Positions 46,561-60,660 of a stretch of 64,000 bases of DNA are shown here, one piece after another. The stretch comes from Antechinus flavipes (taxonomy: Eukaryota): assembly GCF_016432865.1 (NCBI RefSeq), contig NC_067400.1:612312001-612376000 (forward strand), in the 5' to 3' direction. The translations under genes were made by a program, and so were the position numbers. How positions within the stretch are numbered: the stretch's first letter is position 1; each line of letters begins with the position of its first letter. The notes below the pieces were generated by a model. That model worked only from the letters and a program-made list of their open reading frames with translations, had not been told where the DNA came from and did no database searches.

Positions 46561-47929
46561 AAAGAAAATAAAAAAAATTTTTTTAAATAAAATAAAAATT
46601 ATCCATGATCCCCTGAGATCAGAACTAGGAGAATGGGGTAACAGTTACAGAGAAAGCCCCCTTAAAGAAGAATGAACTGTCTCAGCAGTGGCTATAGGGC
46701 CTTCAAACAAGACTGGGGGACCTTTTGTCGGTGGTGACACAGAAAGGACTCTCTGTCAGGGATGGGTGAACCCTTGAGTTACTTCCCTACTCTGAGATTT
46801 TGAGAAAATAACTGAAGAGGTTGGTGGTTGAGGATTTTCATTTTCACATTGACCCTGAAACTACAGTTTCTAGTTGGAGAGAGCATGTTGAACTGAAGAG
46901 AAAGTTTTCACAGCACAAACCCCATTATTCATTAATATCTTGATCAGCGTTTCTTCTAAGTGGAGACAAATTGAGACCAAATTAGAAAAGTCCTACTTTG
47001 GAGAAAAAGTTCTGCTTCTTCTCATTTTTCTTTCCCCTACAAATGCTACCAGGAAATAATGAAAGTAAAGGGGAATTATGATAGGATAAGCAGGGGGGAG
47101 GCAATGGCTGGAGAGACTGGTTTCATGCTCCTTGACCACTGCAACATTTGACTATCCCCCTTCCTCTTCCTGGACATTGTCTCTTCATGAATTTTCATAA
47201 CTCACTTTTTTCTGGTTCTTCCACTTTTCTAGCTTATTCTTCCTTATTCTTCACATACCAGCTGTGTGTCCCTGGGCAAGTCACTTAATTCTGATTGAAG
47301 CAGAGAGAGAGAAANNNNNNNNNNNNNNNNNNNNNNNNNNNNNNNNNNNNNNNNNNNNNNNNNNNNNNNNNNNNNNNNNNNNNNNNNNNNNNNNNNNNNN
47401 NNNNNNNNNNNNNNNNNNNNNNNNNNNNNNNNNNNNNNNNNNNNNNNNNNNNNNNNNNNNNNNNNNNNNNNNNNNNNNNNNATGTATTGACCATGTTCGG
47501 GACTACTACACCTATCCAAATTGACTTCTCAGGAGTCGCTCCAAATGATGTACAGAAAGAATATATTAGAATCTCGAGAAGTAGACTATCCTGTCCTGTA
47601 GGCCTGAAAGGCCCAAAAGACCACAGTAGGAGCCATTCCATTGAGAGTATTCACAGCTTTTACACATTTCAGATAAAGAACTCCCAAAATCCTACCCTCT
47701 ATATGGTGTGATTGGTCACATAAGTCTTTATTCCCCTATTTGGTCAGTGGAATGTAATAGATGTATAGCTTTCTCACCAGTGTCCTTCTTTGAACAATAG
47801 AATATAGTCCAGATCTTATCTAAAATCCCATGCTTCCTAAACTGAGGCCTTTAAGGCTTTAGATAAGAGTCCCTGATCAATATGTGCTTGATCTGTAAGA
47901 TCCTCACCTTTTTCTCACACAACCATCTC

Positions 47930-48270
47930 CTGAAAGAAAACCCCAAATCAAAACTACCAGAAACTTTTAAAATCAAAACTCAGAGGATGTGGGCTAAATA
48001 AAAAAATCCAAGGGCTGAGGTGCCACAATCAGAATCATACAAGATTTGGTAGCTATTAGAAAGGAGCAGTGAAGAGCTTGGAATATGATTTTCCAGAAAG
48101 CAAAAAAAATAGGGGTTTACTATCAGAAATAGCTTTCCCATCAAAACTGAATGTGACCTTGCAGGGAAAGAAAGAAAAGTTTAATGAAAGAACTGGGAAG
48201 CACTCTTGATAAGAGCTTCAGAGCTGTGTAGGAGCTTTTGGAATGCCAACAGAGGAGCAAAGAGAAACAT
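47930..48270 (+). mobile_element. Decayed L1 ORF1 C-terminal fragment
   Basis: Resembles IRITQDL..AWNMIF.KA..I.FP.KL..LQGK...FNE. Confidence 0.6.
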
Positions 48271-48879
48271 GTCTTCTCAATCTGGAAGATCTCTCTGCAT
48301 CTTCGTCTCCTTCAAATTTCAATAAATGCTTAGGTGGGCCATGCTTCCTGCTTCACTCCTCTCCATTCTCTAGATGCACTGAGTGAGTGATCACCTTCTC
48401 TAATCCGCTCTCCCGGACCCTTGTCTTTAGGGGTTTTACGGGTTTTAGAATGTAAGCTTCTTGAGGGCAGGGCTTGGGGGCAAATGTGTATTTTTATTAC
48501 TTAATACAATACCTAGTTCATAGTCAGCACTTAATAAATATTTAATAACTGTAGGTTGACCCCGCTCAGTAATCAATGGAGACTTGGCCTGGCGATCCAA
48601 ATCCCAGCTGAGGATGTTATGGTAAAGGGGCAGAGAGTGTTACAGTGGAATCCCAGGGTCATATGTTACAGCTCCACAGAGAGCATCAAACTTCCTCATT
48701 TTATAGATGAGGAAATTGAGTCCCATAGAAGTTCCCAGGTTAGTTAATAAATTGTTCATCCTTTATTTTCAGAGATCAATGACATCACAGGAGATGTCTT
48801 GATTTGCATATGAATCAGATGGAAGTGCAGCAGAAGTGCACAGTCACCCTCATTTCTCTCTTTCTGAGAGAGTTTTGTC

Positions 48880-49500
48880 CTGTGACAGGACAAAGTCAGG
48901 ACAGCTGGTGATGATCCTGGATGCAGGGGATGTGAAGCAGGTTGTGGTCCTTTTAAGAAACTGTATTTCCTTTTGATCTGTGATCCCTTTCAGATTCTTC
49001 CTGGGCATATCCCCTCTAGACAAGTTATCTTTCCAGGATGCCAGGGCCTTTGAATTCAATTAGAAATCCTGGTCAAAAAGCAGGCCTTTTGAAGTGTTGT
49101 TAATTCCAATAGGAGATCGGGGCTGATAAGAATCTAAACCCTGGGAACCTGGGCTGTCCCAGCCCCCACCAACAGCCTTCCTTCAACAAAGGTCTTTTGC
49201 AGATGGACCTAGATAGCTCACTCAGCTGCCAGGATCTTCTACCCACTGAGAACTGCTTTTTCAGGGCAAAACTCCATTTTCCATAGATCTGCCACAAGTC
49301 AGTCTCTTGGTAAACTGATTTCTATCTAACCAATAAACTTTCATTCTGCAACTAATAATCCGGGAATGAGTGAATTCTTTCACTCCTAGCACCTGCAGCC
49401 GATTTAAAGGGATTCTTAATAACTCTCTTATAGCCACGAACCTGTAGACCACCAGAAATCTAGACCACTCAAAGCGCATCAGATGGACCTTGACATCTTC
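48880..49500 (+). mobile_element. LTR-like element (family shared with 52110-52635 and 53630-54310)
   Basis: Shared blocks CCTTTTGATCTGTGATCC, TTCAATTAGAAATC.TGGTCAAAAAG, TGTTGTTAATTCCAAT.GGAGATC, CAATAAACTTTCATT; ends approximate. Confidence 0.6.
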
Positions 49501-50469
49501 AGTATCTAACCAAATCCCACGCATCTTCTTCAGCTGCTTTTGTGGCCTTTGGAACAAATTGTTCTCATCTACCCATTCCCCAGAGAAGTCTTTACATGCA
49601 AGGGGTAAATATCCCCTTAACTCACCAATAGGTCTGAGGCCTATCGATTATTCTCAGTCTGGTTGAGCCCACTGAGGTATAGCCACTGCACAGAAACAAT
49701 TTCTCTTGAGGTGAGAGCTGGATGGCAAGTGGACACAGGGAGAAAATTTCAAAGCAAATGTAGAAAGAAAAAAAAACATGCAACAAGAGAAAGTCTAGAT
49801 CAGTGGTGGGCTGTTGTGGGATATTGTGGAAGAGACTAACTATGGGCCAGGGCTCCCTCTGACAGCCGCAGTTATTAGCAGTGTTCTTGAAGTAAAGTAC
49901 AATGGAAAAGGGCAATCCTTCTAAAGTCCTACAAGATAGTGACAGAAAGTGCCTAGAGGACAGATCCTGGAATAGATCTCTCAGACGCTTCAATTGCCAG
50001 ATTACAGAGAAAAGAAAGAGACCAGATGGCTATAAGGGTCGTGAATCAAAGGGTCAGCATCGGAGTAGACAGAAAAAGATGGATAATGAAGAGGATGAGG
50101 GAAATCATTTTTGGAAATGACTTTTGGATTTTTGGAAAGGGGGGTAAAAACAATGAATTAAAAAAAAAAAACAACTAAGGAATAGGATTAACTGAAGAGG
50201 GGGAGAGAAAGGGGGAATATCAAATGAGAAGAGGGAAATAAGGGTGAGGTGAAGGGAGCCAGGAAAACTAGGAATACCTTTACAAAAAAACAAAGCAACA
50301 GAAGGAACTTAATGCTATGTCTCAGCAGAAGTGGGAACTTGGAACTGAAAAGTTTCTATAGAAAATACATTAATGCATCTAGAATAAAAAGGAAGTTGTT
50401 CAGTGGGGAGGGGACCTTTGTATGAAATTTCTCTGGTAAGTTTCCAAGATATGTAAACAATTAATAAAT

Positions 50470-51120
50470 ATATAAACTAACAGCCATTCCCCATGGCTAA
50501 AATGTTCAAATCATTTGAACCAGAGACTCCATTATTGAGCTAATACCCCAAAGAAATCATTGATGAGGAGAAAAAATAGTCCCATATACTCCAAAATTTA
50601 TAACCTGACTTTTTATGATAGCTAAGAACTGGAAACAAAGTGGGTGCTGCAGGACTGGGGAAATTACTAAACAAATGGGGAAACATAAATGTAATAAAAC
50701 ATGACCATATAAAAGAATATGACTCCAGGAACTGATACAAAATGAAAGAGAGCCAGGAAGACGACATACCCAGTAACCCCCACGATGTAAGTGAAAAGAA
50801 CACTGACACACCAAAATGCCAGATGTAAATATAGTAAAATCTTAAAGATTAAATCATACTGGAATGAAGAAATGAGAAGACACGCCCTGTCTGTCCCTCG
50901 GTGAGGGTGGAAGGACTATGGGCATTACACACTGCACGTGGTTTTGGATTTCTGCAATGTATTGACCAATCATCCTGATTTTTTTTTCTCTCTCTTAAAA
51001 AAAACTCTCTTATATGGGATGACTTTCAGGGAGGGGAAGGAGGAAGGACTTGAGATACTATGGTGATGTGGAAAACAAAAGATCAGCAAAAATCTATTTA
51101 AATTGTAGTTTTAAAAAAAG
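50470..51120 (+). mobile_element. Old L1 3' fragment
   Basis: Decayed ORF2 end and 3' UTR text. Confidence 0.6.
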
Positions 51121-51659
51121 TAAACAAAGTAGTTTATGTTTGCTCTTGGAGACGAGAAGAAACACTGGAGTTTACTGAGCAATGAGTAACATGGTCATAC
51201 CTGTACTTTAATCAAATCACCTTGGTCAGCTGGATGGAGAAAGTGGGAGGAAGCATTTATAAAGAGACTATTGTGTGTCAGATACTGAGCTAAGCACTTT
51301 TACAAATGGCATCAAATTTGATCTTCTCAATAACTCTGTGAGTCAAGTGCTGTTATTGTTCCTATTTTGTAGTTAAGGAAAATGAAGCAGACAGATTAAA
51401 GGATTTGCTCAGGATCACAGAGCTAGTTTCAGGTCAGATTTAAAGTCACATCTTCCTTATTCCAAGCCCAGCACTCCATCCACTGTACCACCATCTGCCT
51501 CTGAATTGGAATGCAGAAAGATGTGAGGCAAGGAGTCCCTTTCTCTCTGACTTAGAAGGCCAGATGTCACTAAATGTACAATGACTGCCCATTTCCCTAT
51601 ACCCTGACATTCAATGAACTTTGACTTAGCAGCAACTTTTCTCTTTTTAAAAATTTGAC

Positions 51660-52105
51660 TTAATTTTATTTTTAGGTTATACATGTACATTCATTTTTTA
51701 ACCATTCCTATATAAGTCAGGTTGGAAGAGAAAAATCAGAACAAAAAGGAAAAACCATGAGAATAGTGCGTGTGGATTCACATTCAGTTTCCATAGTTCT
51801 CTCTCTAAATACAGATGGCATTTTCCATCCAAAGTTTATTGGAATTGCCTTGAATCACTGAATTGATGAAAAGAACCAAGTCTATCATAGTTGATCATCA
51901 CACAATCTTGCTGTTACTATACATAATGTTCCCTGGTTCTGCTTGCTACACTCAGCATCAGTTCATGTAAATTTTCCCAGGCTTTTCTAAAGTCTTCCTG
52001 TTCATTTTGTAAAGAATTGTAATATTACATTGCTTCCTTATACCATAACTTATCTAGCCATTTCCCAAATGGTGGGCATCTATTCATTTTCTAATTTTTG
52101 CCACC
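51660..52105 (-). mobile_element. L1 3' end, reverse orientation
   Basis: Reverse complement of the L1 ORF2 end/3' UTR. Confidence 0.8.
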
Positions 52106-52109
52106 ACAA

Positions 52110-52635
52110 AAAGAGGTAGTAGCAGTTCCTTATAATTCGGTCGTGGCCTTTCAAGGACCAATTTTGATGCTAGTGGCAGGGCAGAGACTTGTGAGAATTG
52201 GGGTGGGAATCCCGCAGCAGGCAGATCCAACTTGAAATAATTCAGGAATCCAAAATCTGTGGCAAAAGGAAGTTTTATTGTTCACTAAAAGGCTTTCTCT
52301 TAACAGGCAAATCTCTTAATGAGGAAATTTGCAAAAAGCCTGTGAACAGAAACTTATTTTATGAGCAAATCTTGGCTGGAGGGCTTGAGCTGATTATCAG
52401 ACCAAGATCTCCAATTGAATGAAATAATTTTGAAGGCTTCTGGAACTTCCTGAAGAGGATCAGGCTACCTCCAAAAGATCAATGGAGCGTATCTCCAATT
52501 GAATGAAGCCACTTAACTTATCTGGGAATATATGATTTCCCAAACTTTTCGGAGATTCCAAATCTTCCTTCTTTTACAGATCCAAGGGGACACAGATTCA
52601 GAGTTCATCCCCGTCAATTCCATAGTCTGCGTACA
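52110..52635 (-). mobile_element. LTR-like element, inverted member of the same family
   Basis: GATCTCCAATTGAATG and TTTATTGTT are reverse complements of blocks in the plus-strand copies. Confidence 0.55.
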
Positions 52636-53629
52636 TGGTGTTCTCCACCCACCAACCCAACCCAGCAGAAGGCAAGCTTTTGAGGGCAGGATCCCTTAGT
52701 TTTTATCTTAATATTTTCAAGGCCCAGTGCTATTGCTGAATTGATAAATTCTTGTCGAATGAATGAATAAATGAGCTGGAACATCTGGGTCTTAGGCTGG
52801 GACAAGAGACTGTGGATACCAAGGAGTTTGGGGAAGGTATCCAGCCTTCCAGCCAGCCAGGTAGACTGCTCTCTTTCTATATTCAGTCACTACCATTGTT
52901 TCTTCAGCTTCTGACAGCATACTTTGCATAAAAGGGCAAGCCTATTGATGCTGCCTTTGGTTACTCCAGCCTAGGAGTGAAGACAGACTAAGATTAAGTT
53001 GCTTAATTCCATATTCACAAGCATTGCTAAGGTTTAAGTGTCTGGAGTAGTAGATTCTGATTTTTTGGGAAAATATGTATTATTTGTTGTGCCACTCCTC
53101 ACCATTATATTTTTTTAAGAAAGGGGAGAGAGGGGGCAGCACAGTTATTAATACCTTACAAAAATTAAGGAAAAAAACATTAAATAAATTAATTTTAAAA
53201 ATTTGTGGTGCTAAAGATTTTAGAAGTACAGGAAAAGAGACATTCTGGACACAATCTAATTTTAAAATAGAAATCAGAAGGGATAATTTAGTTCCTCTAA
53301 ATGATTATCAAAAATTGTAAAGGCATTTTAATTGGATAAAACTCTATGTGAAATTGGAAAACATGTGAATTGACAAAATTATTCAAAATTTTAAAAGGAG
53401 ATTTCTAACGCTAATTCAAAAAGAAGTCTGAGGATCAGCTATAAGTAGTGGACAGTATTTACAGATGCTACTAATAAACAATTAGCCTCTTTATATATAT
53501 TCCAGCTACTATTAAATATGTTTTTAACACCCTGTTTGAATACACACAGCAGAATGAGTTATATGCAATTATTATTGCACTGTATACTGTTCAAGAACCT
53601 TTTAATATTTTTTTTTCAGAGAGCAAATA

Positions 53630-54310
53630 TGCTGTTTATGTGATTAACACATAACACAGAAACAGCCCCAGTCCTGGACATTCTGCTGGTTAAAATGAAA
53701 TACCTTTAATAACAATTATTTTTATTGTTTAAAAGAATGGTTTTGAAGGGGGATGGAAACTGTGTTCCCTTTAAAATTATCACTCTGAAACTGTGTTCCC
53801 TTTTGATCTGTGATCCTTTTTGGAGTCTCCCCCCAGATAAGTTATCTTTCGGGGATATCAGACTCTTTGATTCAATTAGAAATCTTGGTCAAAAAGAAAT
53901 GTTGTTTCTTGAAATGTTGTTAATTCCAATTGGAGATCTGGGCCGGATACCAATAAGTATCTAGGCCTGGGAACTTTGTCTTTCTTTCAGACTGAAATCT
54001 GAAGCCTCAAGACTCCTTTTAAAGGACAGTTTCTGAACTCACTCTTTGCAGAAGGTCCAAAGCAGCTTGTTCTGCTGCTAGGACCCTGCCCGCTAAGAAG
54101 GCATTCTCTTCTCAATGTCAGCCTCCATTTCCCTAATAGGACTTTGCCACTAAAGAAGTCAGTCTCTTAACAAAACTGGCTTCATATCCAACAATAAACT
54201 TTCATTTTTGCCCATTAATAATTCAGGTTCATGAATTCTTTCATGAAGAACCTGCACTGACCATAAGGGGATTTTAACAACAATCTGACTGCCACTGACC
54301 TCATCAGTCT
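53630..54310 (+). mobile_element. LTR-like element followed by AT-rich, possibly ERV-internal sequence (~54310-57400)
   Basis: Colinear with 48880-49500; downstream region not assignable by eye. Confidence 0.55.
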
Positions 54311-57300
54311 GTGTTTGCACAATGTTAATAACTGAGTAGTTGTTTTTATTTTTCTAGTTTATGGCTTTCAACAAAGCTGGAATAGTCTTCTCCCACGTCG
54401 TTTTTTCCTGTGTCTGTGTCATGTTTCTTCTATGGACTAGATTTTGTTATCTGCAAAGATTTAAAAGGCAACCAGCCAGGGAAAAAAATCTCCATGCTGT
54501 CAGAGGCAGAGTTCTGGGAAAATTTCTTTAAAAGCCTAACTTTTTCTGTGAAGTTCAGCTCTGGCCAAGCTGGGAGCTATCCAAAAAAGTAACTAATTAA
54601 AATTAAAATACCATTTTTACAGATTCCCAAAAGTTTTGAGAGCAAAACAGCATAGCAGATTCTTAAAATTTTGAAAGCAATGATTAAGAAGTTTGGCAAT
54701 TAGTCATTTTAAGATCATAAAAAAAATTCCTGAAACACTGGGGATAAATCCAGGAATTTACCCCATTGTGAAAGAAAAGAATAGGGAAAAAACAAAGCAG
54801 ATAAAGAGCAACTTTTTGCTAACCCTTCTCTGACATCTATCTTGTCTGGAGTCTCTTTTTATTCTATTGGGCAAGCATCCAGATAGGATTAAGGGTGGAC
54901 CCTTCTAAGAATTGCTAACAAGATTGATATAGCCTGAATCTCTCAATTTGCTAACTTCTTTCATCTCAGATCAGATTAAGAAAAGAGAATGCTCAAGTAT
55001 TGTAGAGAAAGAAGCAACAGCTATGGGCTCACAACCTTGCCAGCCCACTTTGGGGGAATGGGAATGGGGGGTGAGGGGAATGTCATGCTCCACAGTCAGC
55101 ATTCCCTGAGCCCTGGCACCTGAAATTACCATCAAAGGGATATCCTGGCACCAGTCACTCAAGCTTTCAGCAGGTTCTGTCTAGCAATTGCTTGGGAAGA
55201 ACTTGGGTACCCCTGGCAGCACCCAGAAAGCCACTCAGCCTTTGTTTTGAGTAAACTCACCATTCTCTGTTTCAGTTAAAGAAATGTATTAGCTATGTAA
55301 CTTATGGCAAATTATTTTATCTCTGCCCAGTTTGCTGATTTGTAAAGCTCACTGTAATGTTCGGGCTAGCTTTCTAGAGAATCTAGGGACCAGTCTTGAT
55401 CTTAGTGCGGGAGTGCAGGAGGCAGGAGAATCCCCAGGAGGATGGACAAAGATGTCTCCTTCTCTGACTGGAAGAAGGGGTAAGAGGGAGAGAAAGAAAA
55501 TATATGTAATTCAGTGAAATTTGTTATTTGGAATATGATAGTAAAAGCTGTTTTAATCAAAGCCCACTAAAGGGATATATAAATTATAATCTATTTGCAC
55601 TAAATTTAGGAAAACAGAAAAGCAGTTTACAGCTACTGAAAAACTGCCAAAAACAAAAAACAGGCTGCTTTTGAGCTATCTAGAATCAGGCTTCTCAAGG
55701 CTCAGTCACAAACACAAAAAAAAATTGAAATGACTTGTGTGGATTGGAAGATATCCAAATGGCAATTCAGTTTGTCTGGAACATTTAATCAAAATTTAGG
55801 AAATCTTATGAACTAAAGTTAAGTAAGTTTTAAAATCTGTTCCTTTTCAATTAAAAAATATGTTTGTATCTTCTTTCCTCCCTAAAAAACAAAAAAGAAA
55901 ATTACTTAAGGGATTGGAAATCCTCCCTGAGAACTTTCCAGCTCAACAGTTTGGAAACAGAATAGATTTGTCAACTAAAAGAAGGCAGAAAGTTTATTTA
56001 GCCTTGCAAATCCTGTCTTATATTATTTTGTAAATGTAATTTATGGAATTAGGTATTTTCACTGTCACTAGAAAATTAAAAGGAAATTACAAGACTATTT
56101 GGTTATTACTTAGAAAAAAGTTTAAATTGTTAACTAAGTTATTTGGAGCTGTTGTCATGTTAAACCTAAATCTGATAATTATTGTATATAGCACAGCCCA
56201 TAAAAACACTAAGAATGGTGGGCGTTGGGCAACAAACAGCTTAACCCCTTTCCTGGGACCTTGTCAACTCACCTTAATTTCTAAGCTTCTCAGTTTTCTT
56301 AACCTTCAGGATAATCAAGGTCATCAACTCTGAGAGATGAGTCTGTTTAGGAGATATAGTAATATATATAACAAGGAAAGTATCTACTAAAAATTTATGA
56401 GCTTGATTAATGATTAATCCTTAGCACCAAGATGAGTTTTAACTACAAATCAAGTTAAACAATCTCCTATGTGTCTAAATTTTGGTAAACTTTAAAAAAA
56501 TTGTTTATTTTACCCTAGTTTCAATTAGTAGAATTTGCTATTAGAGATAAATCTCTTGGGACTGTAACTGATATTCTTTTGAGTTTTGAATTTGATTACT
56601 TAATCATTAAATCAGTAATCAGCACTTGAGAGGATTATCATAAGCTACTCAGAGAAATGTGACCCTGAACTGGTCTGTATCTGGACAAGAATTGGGAACT
56701 TCTGCTCAAGGTAAGATCTTTCTGATTCAGTTTCCCAGTTCTGTTGCTTTGTTTCCTACCTGATCATTCCTGAGATTTATAAGATAGAACTACTATAATT
56801 GGATATCAAACTAAACTAAGGAAACTTTATTTGGCCACATGTATGCTCCCAAGCTGAGGCCTGAAGAACCAGATCTGCTAGTATTATCACATCCCTGTAT
56901 TTTCTTCTAATAAAAAATTTCTATAATCAGAGGAAATGTTCCACACAATTCAATTATAATGTCTTGTTCTTTTCCATCTGAAAATATGTAGAATGAGTAT
57001 TTGGGCTAGTCATCTATTTGTTATAGATAAGATGTTAGTGTGAAATAAAGCGTGTAGATTTCCAAAATAATATAAGAATAATTAACACGATTGTCTAGAA
57101 GACCTGTTATTTTGTTGTTTATTGAAACTAAAGCTGAAACATCTTTAACATTTGTCTGGACTGTGTTTTCATGTGACACAAATATATTTCATTGGAGGAA
57201 AAGTTCCTGGACGGATCTACATTGGCTGTCTATACCTTATAGCAGTCCTTGTGGACTTGTCGTTCTATCTCAGATCATTTTAACCTCTATTTGGTAGATT

Positions 57301-57399
57301 TGTTTTTTATTCTAGATTTTGGTCAGTTGCAGATGCATTGGCCAGCTTCAAGGAACTGAATCACCACTGGATACTTCAATCAGTTCCAGCTTACCATCC

Positions 57400-59140
57400 C
57401 CTCCATAAAAAGATGGGACTCTGCTCTCCACCCATTCTCAGCCGGAACTAGTTTCAGAAGATGAGATCATTCCCCACTCCCAGAGGACTTTGGGCCCTAT
57501 TGGTTTGGGGAGGAACTAGAACTGATTGGTGAACGGACCATAAATTAACCAGGGTCTGGATGGATCTCCTGTTACAATGTATTTGGGACTTAGGATGGAA
57601 CAAATTTTTACAGCTCAGATATGGGATTCCATGATGTTTTCAGGCCCCTCAGTAATATACTGTGCAGAATGTTTAAAAATATCCACAGATGTTTCCAACT
57701 ACAGATACTGTTTTAAGGAATGGCACTGGAATCCAAATCACGAATGTGCTAGGTGGATATATTGTAAAAATGTTACATTTGTGTTTTATCCCAGTGTCTT
57801 ACTTCTATCTAAATGTCTTCTAATTTGCTATCTATGGTTCTTATTATTGAACATCCATCCTGTGTGCTGGTGCCTGCTAAGATTAATCACCATTAGTACA
57901 GGTCAACAGGTGAACAGGTTTGAGATAACATCAAAGGAAAATTAGAAAACAAAAATGGGAAAAGGAGAATTTCATTGCTGGACTTCTAGCAACTATAGCA
58001 ATTATTACATCACTTGCTATTTCAGCTTCAACTCCTAACAGAATCTATTCAGACAACCTAATTAGCGAATCAATTAGCAAAAAATAGATCATAAGCTCTT
58101 AAAGAACAAATTAATATAGATAATGAGTTAAAACAAGGACCAAAGTTAATGGAACAATCATTAATATGGTTAGGGGATCATGTAAACAATTTGGAAAGTC
58201 AATTACAACTAATTTGTGATTATAAATTCACTCATGTATTTGTAAATCTAGATGGGATAATGATACCACCAATGTGACATGGCTTCAAATAAGTAACAGA
58301 ATAAATGGAGCTATACGTAATTCCAACCTCACTTGGGATAAATCTCAATTAGCTGCCTTGACAGAAAACATGGCAAAAAGTAGTGTCCCTGGAATTGATC
58401 CTGATAACATAGCTAACCAAATATTTGAATAATTTAAAAAAATTAAATCCTGTAAATAATCTGACTTCTATGCTTTTGCATTTTGTTCCTTGTAAGAAGA
58501 TTTGCCAACCCCGCCATCAGCCTTGGACATCACACAGGGCACGGCTCAGGTAATCTGAGGGTAGCCGTGTAAGGGTGAACAAGATGGTGCTGGAGGAAGG
58601 GGGTCCCACCCGCTTGGCATGAGAGGCATGGCAGACCTTGGAGGGGAGTACCTTGAATATCCCTATTAGGAAAGGAATGCTCACAATATATCTACCTGTA
58701 ACTTACTGTAGAGAATCATGTATCTACTATAGATTAGAATGTACTTACATATGATGTAAGAAGTGGAAGCAAGCACCGAGATGATAAAAGGACTTGCAGT
58801 CTTTGTAATAAAGCAGAATCCCACACCACCTTGGCTCTCGCCTCTCCTTACTCACAAATTTCGCTGTTCAAGTGGACAGGCAGTACTGGTCACATAAAGC
58901 CCATTCCACTCAGGAGTTGGGGCCGTGACCCCCAACAGTTCCTTTTGCATGGGTTATCCTTACACTCATTGGCTTAGCCCCTCATGCTTTATGGTATGTC
59001 TTGCAATCATTGTCAACTATGGGAACTGAAGTTCATAGACTTCATCTTCTGAATAAAAAGGGGGAGATGTAGAGGACCAGTATTGAATTAGTCCATAAAC
59101 AGCAAGAGTTCAGTCCAGTATTATTTGAGACCTACTCTCT
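57400..59140 (+). pseudogene. Decayed betaretrovirus-like env, PPT and start of 3' LTR
   Basis: Fusion-peptide-like FIAGLLATIAIITSLAISAST (from 57971); EQINIDNELK..IWLGDHVNNLESQLQLICD; C-terminal LHLLNKKGGD; AAAAAGGGGGAGA PPT then TG at 59068. Stops and frameshifts present. Confidence 0.85.
58491..58937 (+). mobile_element. Younger solo LTR (447 bp) nested in env
   Basis: TG...CA; perfect 6-bp TSD GTTCCT (58485-58490, 58938-58943); AATAAA near 58807; many intact CpGs. Confidence 0.92.
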
Positions 59141-60419
59141 GTTACAGAGAATTTTTCAAACTGTATCAGCTCACCATCTCGCTTTCAATTGTACAGACAT
59201 ATTTGGCAAATTCAGGATAATCTTGATGGAGAATACATGCAACAGAAACGAGGCATTTTAACTATACAATGAATCAGACATACTTGAGGTAAATACATTA
59301 ATATGATAATTTCTTCTCTGTATTTATAAATATCACAACTATTTACAATTCTTTGATGTTGGTGAGCATCACAATTATGCTATTTACAATTCTGTATCGA
59401 TAAACATCTTGGTATTGACAATTTAGATGAATATGGAAATGCCCTGGAAGAAATGTGATGAAGGTAGCTAGTAATTTTGTAACACTAATCTAAAAGGTAC
59501 ATGAACCTGATACTCTGATTAATAAACAGAGATTGCAAAGCATATCTTCTGCCTGGCCTTGATATTCATTCATACTCTTGGTTATTCACTGGAGCTGGAC
59601 TCCAACAGGTTTGAATTATTGTATTTAAGCAGACAGATAAGATGAGAAACCCCACTGGTCTAGGAGCAGGGTCTAGATCCCTCTGAATTGGGAGTGGGGC
59701 AGATGAGGGACAGGGGAAAATGGAACAGAGGCTCCTTCTTTTCCAAGCTCCCCTTGGGAGCTTGAAGATGCTCCCATCCTTCCTAGTTCCCAGGGTTTCC
59801 TTCAGCTTAACTGTCCCTACTCTACATATGCAATTATTTCTTAAACTATGTGTTTCTAGCTGCACCACAACTCCACACACACCTCATTGGCTCTCACCTA
59901 GATTATTGCCACAGTTTCCTAGTGGGTCACTCAGCTTCCAGCTCTTCCTCCCAATGGTCACCTGAGGAATTTTCATTATCATGTAGACCCCCTAATCATT
60001 AGCTCCAGTGGCTTCCTATCGTCTCCAGTATTTGTATTTGGTTTCTTCATATCAGTATGTATCTATCCTGTGCTGATGAGTCTGTGTGACACTATGAGCC
60101 TTCCCAGAAACCAGGACCCAGTTCTGGGATTATCTCTGTCTCAGGACCTGCCATTTGTTCTGAGTTCTCAGAGCAAGTGACAGGCAGCTGGAGTAGCTGG
60201 GGAAGAGGTATCTGTTGGACCATGACTCAACCCCATCCTCCAATCCCTCGCAATAACACACCTTCATCTAGAATGCTGAATTGGTAAAATATTTATTCCA
60301 CTAACCATGTAACTCATCATAAGAGAGACACAGCATTATTCATTGATTACTCAACACAGAGCACATCCAGAGGCCTGCAGCCAATCCTAGGTAACTTAAG
60401 GAGAGGCAAGCCTCATCTT

Positions 60420-60660
60420 TGTCAATCTCTCTCTCTTTCTCTGTCTCCCCCTCCCTCTCTCCTTCCTATTTCTCTCCTTTCCTCTATCTTTCTGTGTCTC
60501 TGTGTCTCTAGTTATCTCTCTGTGTCTCTGCCTCTCTTTCTCCCTCCTTTCTATTTCCCTCACCATCTGTCTCTCTCTGTCTCTCTCTCTCCCTCTCTCC
60601 TACTTCTCTCTCTCTTTCTGTCTCTCTGTCTCTGTGTGTGTGTGTGTGTCTCTCTCTCTC
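60420..60660. repeat. CT-rich / (CT)n(GT)n low-complexity tract
   Basis: Visible simple repeats. Confidence 0.9.
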
